57,074 bases of DNA from Asaia bogorensis (lineage in GTDB: Bacteria > Pseudomonadota > Alphaproteobacteria > Acetobacterales > Acetobacteraceae), in the NCBI GenBank assembly GCA_945888575.1, contig CAMDAM010000001.1, forward strand, positions 1-57,074, given 5' to 3'. The notes below the pieces were generated by a model. That model ran no database searches, had not been told where the DNA came from, and worked only from the letters and a program-made list of their open reading frames with translations. Positions 8,723 to 15,787 of the stretch are shown here, in pieces. Made by a program: the position numbers and the translations under genes. Each line of letters opens with the position of its first letter. The stretch's first letter is position 1.

Positions 8723-9481
8723 ATGCCTCGAGAACCGAAAACCGTCGATGAGTTGCTTGAAGAGATAACGTGTGAATTGTCGCCAACTGGGCGCGCCGAA
8801 CGCGTGTTGCTGGGAGGATTCACGGGTCTCTATCAGGCCGCAGATAATTGGTGCTGGGCGGCTGCGGCTGCCACGGTTGCGACCTATTATGATCGCGTCA
8901 AGGTTCCCGCAGGAACACCTGTGCCGTCTGTCCCGCGGGCGCAATGCGGCCTGGTCGACGGCGGTTACTGTACCGGTGGACCTGCGTGCGCCAAGCACTT
9001 GGCCGGATATCCGAACTGCAACAGACTTAACGACTACGGTAGAATAGATTTTTCGTGCCATAATCCGGATTTCGACAGACAAGGCTTTCTTAACCGCATG
9101 CTGGCTCGCTTGGGGCGCCTTGAAGTGTCCCTGCCAATGCGGGCATCGCGGAGCCACCACATAACATTGTGGGAAACAGCCCCGGGCACTCAGAAAGTGG
9201 TCCCATCGCGGGATTACATGCTTCAGGCGACGGTGGATGTGGACCAGATCGCACGGCTGTTGAAAGACGGGCGACTTGTGTGCTTCCGATCTAAGCGCGG
9301 TGGGACTCGACACTTCATCATTGTCTACGGCTGCGAAACGTACCCAGATGTGTCGCTGCTTGTATGGGATCCTGCCAAAGGATCGGAGATCATCGAAGCT
9401 GAGCAGTTCCTTCACGAGTTCGGCCCGTTCACCCATATGATTGTAACCCGTGGCGATTGGCAGAAGCAGAATGTCAGTTAA
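8723..9481 (+). CDS. papain-like cysteine peptidase (AvrRpt2/C70- or C39-like), Cys-rich insert
   Basis: 252 aa. Q-x4-NWCWAAAAATV nucleophile motif. A downstream RHFIIVYG His and VWDP Asp lie ~20 residues apart, similar to the Cys-His-Asp spacing of AvrRpt2-type proteases. Five Cys in residues ~75-122 (nine in the whole protein). No signal peptide. Local GC about 47-50%. Confidence 0.65.
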   Translation: MPREPKTVDELLEEITCELSPTGRAERVLLGGFTGLYQAADNWCWAAAAATVATYYDRVKVPAGTPVPSVPRAQCGLVDGGYCTGGPACAKHLAGYPNCNRLNDYGRIDFSCHNPDFDRQGFLNRMLARLGRLEVSLPMRASRSHHITLWETAPGTQKVVPSRDYMLQATVDVDQIARLLKDGRLVCFRSKRGGTRHFIIVYGCETYPDVSLLVWDPAKGSEIIEAEQFLHEFGPFTHMIVTRGDWQKQNVS

Positions 9482-10064
9482 GATATACCCGGAGGATTAT
9501 CCTCCCGAAGCTCTTCAAGCTGCGAAGCGCAAGATAGAGGCGTTGCTGTCCTGGGAGGGGTTGGTTTCTCGGAACCCTGAAGCGGCTACCTTCCTCACAC
9601 TGCCGCACCGCGTTTATTTTTTGCGTTCGCGCGGACTTGCTGGTGTTGGGCCCCTTAGGGCCTCCGTCGACTTCGGTGGCTGGCGCTTTCTTGTCAGCCA
9701 GGAGGCCCAGGCGATTGCCGCTGTCACGACGTGGCAGGGTGATGGCGAATGGCGGGTATCCTCTGTTCGGCCGGGAACCTGGGCATCCGCAACGCGAGCC
9801 GCACTGACCGGGGAAGGTTTGGACGGGGGGCCATATACGCTGGCCTATCTCTGGTGCCGCAGGAAATTTGTGGCAGCCTTGTGGCTGCAAACTGAAAGTG
9901 GACAAGGGGAGAAGGTTATCCCCTTGCCGTATGTTCGCGGACTGACGGCACTGCGCCCAACAACCCCCGACGCATATCTTGAGGCAATGCGTCGCCCTAC
10001 GTCCCACGCTCCGGGTATAGTTGCTGCAGCGCGGGCAGACCGACTCAGCCCGTTAGGTGGATAA
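9471..10064 (+). CDS. hypothetical protein, translationally coupled partner of the cysteine peptidase
   Basis: The ATG at 9471 overlaps the upstream stop by 11 nt (ATGTCAGTTAA); an alternative GTG lies at 9450. 197 aa, with no recognisable motif, signal peptide or TM segment. Confidence 0.55.
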   Translation: MSVKIYPEDYPPEALQAAKRKIEALLSWEGLVSRNPEAATFLTLPHRVYFLRSRGLAGVGPLRASVDFGGWRFLVSQEAQAIAAVTTWQGDGEWRVSSVRPGTWASATRAALTGEGLDGGPYTLAYLWCRRKFVAALWLQTESGQGEKVIPLPYVRGLTALRPTTPDAYLEAMRRPTSHAPGIVAAARADRLSPLGG

Positions 10065-10100
10065 AGAAAGGGCCCATCGGACGGGGTTATCCGATGGGCC
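10061..10100. terminator. hairpin terminator between convergent island genes
   Basis: GGCCCATCGGA-cggggtta-TCCGATGGGCC (11-bp stem, 10071-10100). On the minus strand it is followed by CTTTCTTTAT. A second 9-bp hairpin (10137-10161) sits 7 nt past the PAP2-like stop codon. Confidence 0.6.
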
Positions 10101-10167
10101 AGAGGTGCTTATCAGGCAGTGGGCGACGGATCGAACCCTCCGTCCATCAGGGGGACGGAGGCTCTAT

Positions 10168-11400
10168 CTAATGTCCGCTGCGATCCTTGCTCCGCTGCGA
10201 TAGCGGGGCGTCTCCCTCGGGCAGGCGTGCCCGGTCCGCCTCTTTTGGCGCTGGATAGCTCGCGACCTTCGTGCCGAGGGTCCGCAGGGTCGCTCCGGCC
10301 CTAAGCAACTGATGGGATGGAGACTTTTCATCTGGCAACTTCGCGTCTTCGGCTTTGTCGGGCACATAAACAGGTATGCCATCGCCGTCCTTGTTGCTTA
10401 CCTCCTCCCATTCCTTCCTGGCGCGGTCCAGTATGATGGTAAATGATTTCATACGCAGGAGCACATCCATTACAGTCGGGACAACACTCCAGCTTCCTTC
10501 CTTGTCGGAGGGCCAGTGGACGCCAGCGCGCTCACGATTCACCGGAATCTCCTCCGAGAGAGCCCGCAGAACCTTCGCCATGGCGGGTGCCGCCTCACGC
10601 ACGCAATGTTCGATGAGGTAGGCTTGCAAGGCATGGCCGCTGGGATAGGCCGGATGCGCAGGCGTATCGATCATGGGGGAAATGCCCGGCCAAACCTGTG
10701 CCGGGCGGGGGCGCATGAACTCCGCCTTGAACCGCGCCGCAATCATGCCGGCCACCTGCAGCCCAATCAGCACCAAGCTCCATGTTGCCGGCCTGGTCGC
10801 GGGCGAACAAGCTAGAAGATCAGCATAGTAGGTGGTGAAATCGCCCGCTTGTGCCAGTATCGCACCCTGATGCCGGGGGCCTCGTTCAGTGAGGCGCAGA
10901 TCACGCAAATGCGCCAGTTCCTTCCTCACCGCATCAGGGCTTTGGTCCAGCTTGCCTTTGAGCAGGTCCCGCATCGTATCCCAGGCACAGCGGCCAGTCC
11001 CATCCATCTTGGCAGCTTCAATCGCGAAATCGGTAGCGATCACAGCAGCCTTCAGCAGCGGGTCCCAGCCGTCCTCGGGGAAGGTGGTGTTGACGATCAT
11101 TGGGGCCGAGATAGCGGACTGCCCTGCATGGCGTGGCAGCGCCGCACCGATCAGGGTGGGCCCTCCACGCAGGGAACCGAGCCCACCCGGCACCCAGTAC
11201 CAGCCTTGCGGACGTCCGCCACTCTGACCACCGCTTTGACCACCACTCTGGCCGCCCGATTGCCCGCCGCTCTGGCCGCCATAGGAGGCATCGATCGTAT
11301 CGTCGACCGCATCCCCAATAGCTCCAAGAATCGTATCGGGGAGCCTATCAATCGTCTTTTGTAGTGCTGCGATCGCTTCAATCAGTTTGTCATCAGCCAT
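10168..11400 (-). CDS. PAP2 superfamily protein (acid phosphatase / vanadium-haloperoxidase-like) with N-terminal (GGQS)5 repeat
   Basis: 410 aa carrying the three PAP2 motifs: K-AEFMRP-RP (Kx6RP), PAYPSGHA (PSGH) and NRERAGVHWPSD (Rx5Hx3D). No TM helices or signal peptide are evident. GGGGGGA RBS upstream. Confidence 0.75.
   Translation of the reverse strand: MADDKLIEAIAALQKTIDRLPDTILGAIGDAVDDTIDASYGGQSGGQSGGQSGGQSGGQSGGRPQGWYWVPGGLGSLRGGPTLIGAALPRHAGQSAISAPMIVNTTFPEDGWDPLLKAAVIATDFAIEAAKMDGTGRCAWDTMRDLLKGKLDQSPDAVRKELAHLRDLRLTERGPRHQGAILAQAGDFTTYYADLLACSPATRPATWSLVLIGLQVAGMIAARFKAEFMRPRPAQVWPGISPMIDTPAHPAYPSGHALQAYLIEHCVREAAPAMAKVLRALSEEIPVNRERAGVHWPSDKEGSWSVVPTVMDVLLRMKSFTIILDRARKEWEEVSNKDGDGIPVYVPDKAEDAKLPDEKSPSHQLLRAGATLRTLGTKVASYPAPKEADRARLPEGDAPLSQRSKDRSGH
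11215..11280 (-). repeat. 12-nt in-frame tandem repeat encoding (GGQS)5
   Basis: Five imperfect copies of GGYGGNCARWSN lie inside the PAP2-like CDS. The synonymous differences between copies keep the peptide repeat perfect. Confidence 0.9.
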
Positions 11401-11433
11401 TCATTCCCCCCGCCCTTTCGGGCCATTGAACAT

Positions 11434-13398
11434 TCATTCCGGCAATCCCGCCAGAATCAGATGCCGCCCGTAAGCCTCCCGTCGCCACGCATCACGGAAC
11501 GGGCTGTTCTGGACCACGTCGCGCACGCGCTGGTCCGGTATCTCCCGCATCGCCCGCTCGGCGATCTGGCGGGCCTGTGCCAGGTCCCCGGCCGCCGCCA
11601 GCGAGGCAGCGGTCCAGCGCAGACCCACGCGCAGGTAGGAGGGTTCGGCAATGGCCTTCAGCCCCCATTGGGCCGCGATATCGTATTCACCGGCGGTGTA
11701 GTGGGCCACGCACAGCGTGCTGTAGAAATCGTGCGCGTCGCGGTCGCGAGGTGAAAGCTCCATGGCACGGGTCACGCGCCGGACCGCTTCCTGCGCCTCG
11801 CCGGCATAGGACCAAGTGTAGCTGCTCCACAGCCACATATGCGCCGAGCCGGGCCAAGATTGGTTGCCGCGATCGAACAGCTCCATGGCGCCTTCGATGT
11901 CGCGATGGTGCAAGGCGCGGCGGTGGGCGTGGAACATCAAAGCGCGGCAGTTCTCGGCATCCAGGGCCAAGGCGCGGTTTGCCTCCGCTTCGGTGGCCGC
12001 AACCGCTTGGCGGCGGTCCTGCCGCCACCCCTGGCTGAGCGACAGCGTATGCCAATCGGCCAACAGGGCATGGGCATCGGGATAGTCCGGCTCGGCACGC
12101 ACGATCTCGTCCAGGAGGGTTTTGGCCTGGTCGAAACTCTCTCGTTGCAGAACCTGGAGATGCTCGCGCGCCAGCAGCGCCTTTTCGTAGACGGTGAGGC
12201 TTTCGGGCCGCTTCCCCCGAATGCGCTTCAGCTCCAGCTCCTGCACCCGTGGGGCCAGGGTGTTCACGATCTGCGCCACCAGCCGATCCTGGTCGGCAAA
12301 ATCCAGCGTGGCCGAGGTGTCGTGCGTCCGCGCCCAAACCACCGCGCCGGTGCGGGCATCGGCCAGTTCCGTGGTCAGCCGCAGCACGTCGCCGCGCCGG
12401 CGCATGGACCCGCGCACCACGTAGCGCGCGCCCAGCTCGCGCCCCACCTGGCGCAGGTCAACCTGCGGGTCCCGATAGGTGAGGGAGGAGCCGTGCGAGA
12501 TCACCTGCAGTTCGCGCAGCCCGGCCAGCTGGCACACCGTGTCCACCAGGATGCCGTCGGCGATGTGGCTCGGCACCGCCTCGTCGCCCAGTTGTGCGAA
12601 CGGCAGCACGGCGATCTGCGGTGGCGCACCCACGGGCGTCGGTTCCGTGCGCGGCGGCTCGGGAAGGACAGGGGGATCCATCTCCGCGCGCAGCCGCCGG
12701 GCGATCTCACGCGTCTGCGCACCGGGGTTGATCCCCAGCTCGCGCTTCATCATCTCGGCAATCGCGGCGTAGTGGCGTAGCCCGTCAGCCCGCCGGCCCG
12801 CCGCGCCGCAGGCATCCAGCAGGCGGCAATGGATCTCCTCGCGCAGCGGGTCGATCGCGAACATCCGTTCGGCCGCTTCCAGCGCCGCGGCGGCATCGCC
12901 TGCCGCGGTGCAGAGCTCGCCGATGCGGGCCAGCACCGCCAGCACCTTGCGCTCCAGGTCGGCGCGGCTCGGTACCAGCCAGTCGGCGAAATCCTCCTCC
13001 ACATGCGGGAACCCGGCCAGCAGCGGCCCGGCATAGGCTTGCACCGCCTGGCGCAGCCCAGCGAGATCCTCGGCCAAGGCGTGGCGCTCGAACTCCTCCA
13101 CGTCGGTCGCCACATCCTCGCCCAGCGTCAGCGCCCCATCCTGGGAGACGACAACCTGCCGCCCGCGCAGGGGCCGGCGCAGTGAATAGAGTGCCTCGCG
13201 CAGGCTGCCCTGGATCTGCTTTGGCCCGCTGTTCGGCCACAACAGCTCCGCCACCCGCTCCCGCGCCATCGGCCGGCCACGATCCACCGCCAGCACGGCC
13301 AGCAGGGCGCGCGTTTTGCGGGGCAGCGGCGGGCCCTCCTGGCCGTCCACCCGCAGCCCGAAGCCGCCGAGAAGGTTGAGACGAACGCCTGTCATCAC
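11434..13398 (-). CDS. SARP/BTAD-family transcriptional regulator with TolB-like and TPR domains
   Basis: 654 aa. N-terminal OmpR-type winged helix (LNLLGGFGLRVDG..RKTRALLAVLAV..LWP), then a BTAD region, a TolB-N-like block (IAVLPFAQLGDE...YVVRGSMRRRGDVLRLTTELADARTGAVVW) and C-terminal TPR-like repeats. Confidence 0.8.
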   Translation of the reverse strand: MMTGVRLNLLGGFGLRVDGQEGPPLPRKTRALLAVLAVDRGRPMARERVAELLWPNSGPKQIQGSLREALYSLRRPLRGRQVVVSQDGALTLGEDVATDVEEFERHALAEDLAGLRQAVQAYAGPLLAGFPHVEEDFADWLVPSRADLERKVLAVLARIGELCTAAGDAAAALEAAERMFAIDPLREEIHCRLLDACGAAGRRADGLRHYAAIAEMMKRELGINPGAQTREIARRLRAEMDPPVLPEPPRTEPTPVGAPPQIAVLPFAQLGDEAVPSHIADGILVDTVCQLAGLRELQVISHGSSLTYRDPQVDLRQVGRELGARYVVRGSMRRRGDVLRLTTELADARTGAVVWARTHDTSATLDFADQDRLVAQIVNTLAPRVQELELKRIRGKRPESLTVYEKALLAREHLQVLQRESFDQAKTLLDEIVRAEPDYPDAHALLADWHTLSLSQGWRQDRRQAVAATEAEANRALALDAENCRALMFHAHRRALHHRDIEGAMELFDRGNQSWPGSAHMWLWSSYTWSYAGEAQEAVRRVTRAMELSPRDRDAHDFYSTLCVAHYTAGEYDIAAQWGLKAIAEPSYLRVGLRWTAASLAAAGDLAQARQIAERAMREIPDQRVRDVVQNSPFRDAWRREAYGRHLILAGLPE

Positions 13399-13528
13399 GA
13401 TCGACCGCCTCCTGCAGTCACTCTCCGTTAACGATCACGAAACAGGTTCGTGGGAGTATGGACAAGACTCCAAATCGAACAAATTCCGCCTTGGCCGCAT
13501 TTTTGACGGCCGCTTGGCCTCCGCTCTG

Positions 13529-14608
13529 ATGGCGTTGCGCTCCGATGCCGTGGCCGGCGCAGTCCCGCGCCGCTCAGCCGGAGATGCCGCCGTGTCAGTC
13601 ACCGCCCCCCCTGCACCGTCCGTGGGCCTGCCCGCCGTCCCCGTGGCGTTGCGTCCGATGCACGAGCCGGCGTTGCACGACCCTGTCGGCCTGCTCGATT
13701 CCACCCGCGACCGCATCCTGGCCGGCGGAGACATCGCCCAGGCGGTGGATATCCTCAGCGACGGGCTGTGGTGGATGCGCGCCGGCTTGCCGGAAGACGA
13801 GTGGAAGCAGGTGATCGCCCTGGTGCGCGCCCATCCGCTGATGGGGCTGATGCACGAGAACCCCTTCACCCGCCGCGCCTTCGTCAAGCCCCGCGGCTAT
13901 GCCGGCGATGCCCCGCTGATCGACCTGCTCTACTACGGCCAGGCCGCCGCCGAGGCGAAGGACGCCTCGCCCCTTGGCCTTGCCCTGCTGGCACGCGATA
14001 CCGGCGCGCCCGCCGCCGCCGCGGTGCGCGAACGGCGGGATTTCATGGCCGAGCTGATCGACCATGTGGCGGATGCCACGCCCATGCCCAGCATCCTCGC
14101 CGCCGCCTGCGGGCACCTGCGCGAGGGGCTGGTTTCCACCGCCGTGCAGCAGCACCGCATCGGCCGGCTGGTGGCGCTGGACCAGGATGCGGATTCGCTG
14201 GCCGTTGTCGGCAAGTCCTTCGGCATCAAGGGCGCGGAGATGGTCAACCGCAGCATCAAGGCGGTGCTGGACGGCAGCTTGAAGCCGGGCAGCTTCGACA
14301 TGGTCTATGCCGCCGGGCTCTACGACTATCTCGGCCAGCGCCTGGCCAGCGCGCTCACCGCCGCGTTCTTCGGGCTGCTGAAGCCGGGCGGGCGGCTGGT
14401 GATCGGCAACTTCGCGCGTGGCATCTACGACGCCGCCTACATGGAGGCGATCGGCGACTGGTTCCTGATCTACCGCGACGCCGCCGAAATGCAGGACCTG
14501 GCCAGCGGGATCGATGCGCGCGAAGTGGCGCTGAAGCGCGTCTATACCCGCCAGAGCCCGGACATCTTCTACCTGGAACTGCGCCGCCGCGGCACGCTCG
14601 CGGCCTGA
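13529..14608 (+). CDS. class I SAM-dependent methyltransferase (PhcB / 3-hydroxy fatty acid methyl ester synthase-like family)
   Basis: Conserved KPRGYAGDAPLIDLLY block, SAM motif I-like ILAAACGHLREG, and an acidic loop DMVYAAGLYDYL. The start is uncertain (ATG at 13529 or 13658). The track start at 13316 would overlap the divergent regulator. Confidence 0.6.
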   Translation: MALRSDAVAGAVPRRSAGDAAVSVTAPPAPSVGLPAVPVALRPMHEPALHDPVGLLDSTRDRILAGGDIAQAVDILSDGLWWMRAGLPEDEWKQVIALVRAHPLMGLMHENPFTRRAFVKPRGYAGDAPLIDLLYYGQAAAEAKDASPLGLALLARDTGAPAAAAVRERRDFMAELIDHVADATPMPSILAAACGHLREGLVSTAVQQHRIGRLVALDQDADSLAVVGKSFGIKGAEMVNRSIKAVLDGSLKPGSFDMVYAAGLYDYLGQRLASALTAAFFGLLKPGGRLVIGNFARGIYDAAYMEAIGDWFLIYRDAAEMQDLASGIDAREVALKRVYTRQSPDIFYLELRRRGTLAA

Positions 14609-14628
14609 CGGGAACCAGGGGGAACGCG

Positions 14629-15786
14629 ATGATGAGCGACATGCGCATGCCGCGCGCCGCGCCACCGCACCGGGGCCTGCCCAGCGGCGGCGGGCGCACG
14701 GTGCTGGGGTTGGCGGGGCCCCTCGCCGCCCCGGTTCGGCGGCCACGGCCGCAGCTGGCCGCGCAGGGGCTGGAGATCGAGGGCCCGGTGCCGATCCCGG
14801 GCGAGTACCGCCCGGGCACGGCTGGCTTCCGCTACTGGGCGGTGGCCGAGGCACTGGAACGCGGCGCGGCGCTGTGGCGCGCGGCGGCCGAGTTCCCCTG
14901 GGCCTGGGCCGGCGGCCGGCTGCGCGTTCAGCTCATCGGCGGCACGGATGCGGTGTGCGAACGGGGGTGGCTGCGGCTCGGGGCCGGCGCGCCGCACGCA
15001 GCGGCAATGCGCGCCCTGGGCCACGCGGTGCTGGACGGGCTGCGCCCGGCCCTGTGGCATGTGGCGGCGCCGGATGTCGCCAGCTTCCACGCCGGTTTTG
15101 CCGACGCCGTGGCGATGCTGGCAACGCTAGAGATCTCAGGCACGGCAGACGTCGTTCCACAGGCCACCACGCCGTTCGGCCGGGCCTTCGCGGAGGTGCT
15201 GGTGGTGCTGGCACAGTCCGGCCCGGCCGCGCGGCGCCGGCCCGATCCGCGGCTGCTGGCGCTGCGCGGCGCCCGCCTGCTGGCCGATGCAACCCGCCGC
15301 GCCCCCGTGGCGCCCGATTTCACCGCCCAGGTCGCCGCCGAGATGGCCCTCGCCGCCACGGTGCAGGAAGGCCCGCTGGTCGCCCTACAGCTGCGAGACC
15401 TGTTCGCCCGCCACTTCCTGCTGGCCCGCAGCCCGGTGCTGGAAGCCTACGACCCCCATTTGGCGGAAGACGGCACGGAGCTGCCGCTGCCGGCGTGCTC
15501 CCTGCCCTGGGTCGCCACCGATGCCGCCCCCTTGGGCCTGGACCTGCCGCTGCTCCTTTGCCCCGCCACGCAGCCGCCGCTGGTGGCGCCCTCGGCCGAC
15601 GCCCCTGCCCCGGCGGCTGCCGCCCAAGGCTTCGCACAGAGCCTGTTCGCATCCGGCATGGTCGAAAAGCCGCGCATCGGGCGGCTGCAGCGCCGCGCAC
15701 CTGGCACCAACGCGCTGGCCACGCACCTGCTGCTGGATGACGGCCGCACGCTGCGCCTGGTGCGGGAGCGTTTCGTGGCCGGATAG
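14629..15786 (+). CDS. hypothetical protein, possible degenerate thermolysin-like (gluzincin) fold
   Basis: ATG at 14629 with a GGGGGA RBS, 20 nt after the methyltransferase stop. The segment MRALGHAVLDG-x17-SFHAGFADAVA parallels HExxH-x19-NExFSD of the M4 family, but the first His and the Glu are replaced (RALGH). Confidence 0.5.
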   Translation: MMSDMRMPRAAPPHRGLPSGGGRTVLGLAGPLAAPVRRPRPQLAAQGLEIEGPVPIPGEYRPGTAGFRYWAVAEALERGAALWRAAAEFPWAWAGGRLRVQLIGGTDAVCERGWLRLGAGAPHAAAMRALGHAVLDGLRPALWHVAAPDVASFHAGFADAVAMLATLEISGTADVVPQATTPFGRAFAEVLVVLAQSGPAARRRPDPRLLALRGARLLADATRRAPVAPDFTAQVAAEMALAATVQEGPLVALQLRDLFARHFLLARSPVLEAYDPHLAEDGTELPLPACSLPWVATDAAPLGLDLPLLLCPATQPPLVAPSADAPAPAAAAQGFAQSLFASGMVEKPRIGRLQRRAPGTNALATHLLLDDGRTLRLVRERFVAG

Positions 15787-15787
15787 G

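Noticed and set aside
8642-9436. 264-aa minus-strand ORF antisense to the cysteine-peptidase gene
   Set aside because: It has no motifs, whereas the plus-strand frame carries a coherent Cys/His/Asp papain-type pattern and a coupled downstream gene. In ~50% GC DNA a long antisense ORF is less expected, so this call is not absolute.
10106-10161. tRNA-like fragment (GGTTCGATCC T-loop-like motif on the minus strand) as a possible att remnant at the island centre
   Set aside because: The flanking bases do not form a T-stem or acceptor stem, the adjacent 9-bp hairpin is too long for an anticodon arm, there is no CCA end, and no matching direct repeat occurs at the island edge (~8646). It is probably just terminator-type hairpins.
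11215-11280. Short tandem repeats considered as a CRISPR-like or VNTR array
   Set aside because: The 12-nt units are contiguous with no spacers, in frame, and encode (GGQS)5 inside a CDS. This is a peptide linker repeat, not a CRISPR array.
13316-13528. Upstream extension of the methyltransferase ORF to 13316
   Set aside because: It would overlap the divergent regulator start (13398) by 83 nt and run through the AT-richer promoter-like gap. Downstream ATGs at 13529 or 13658 are more plausible.
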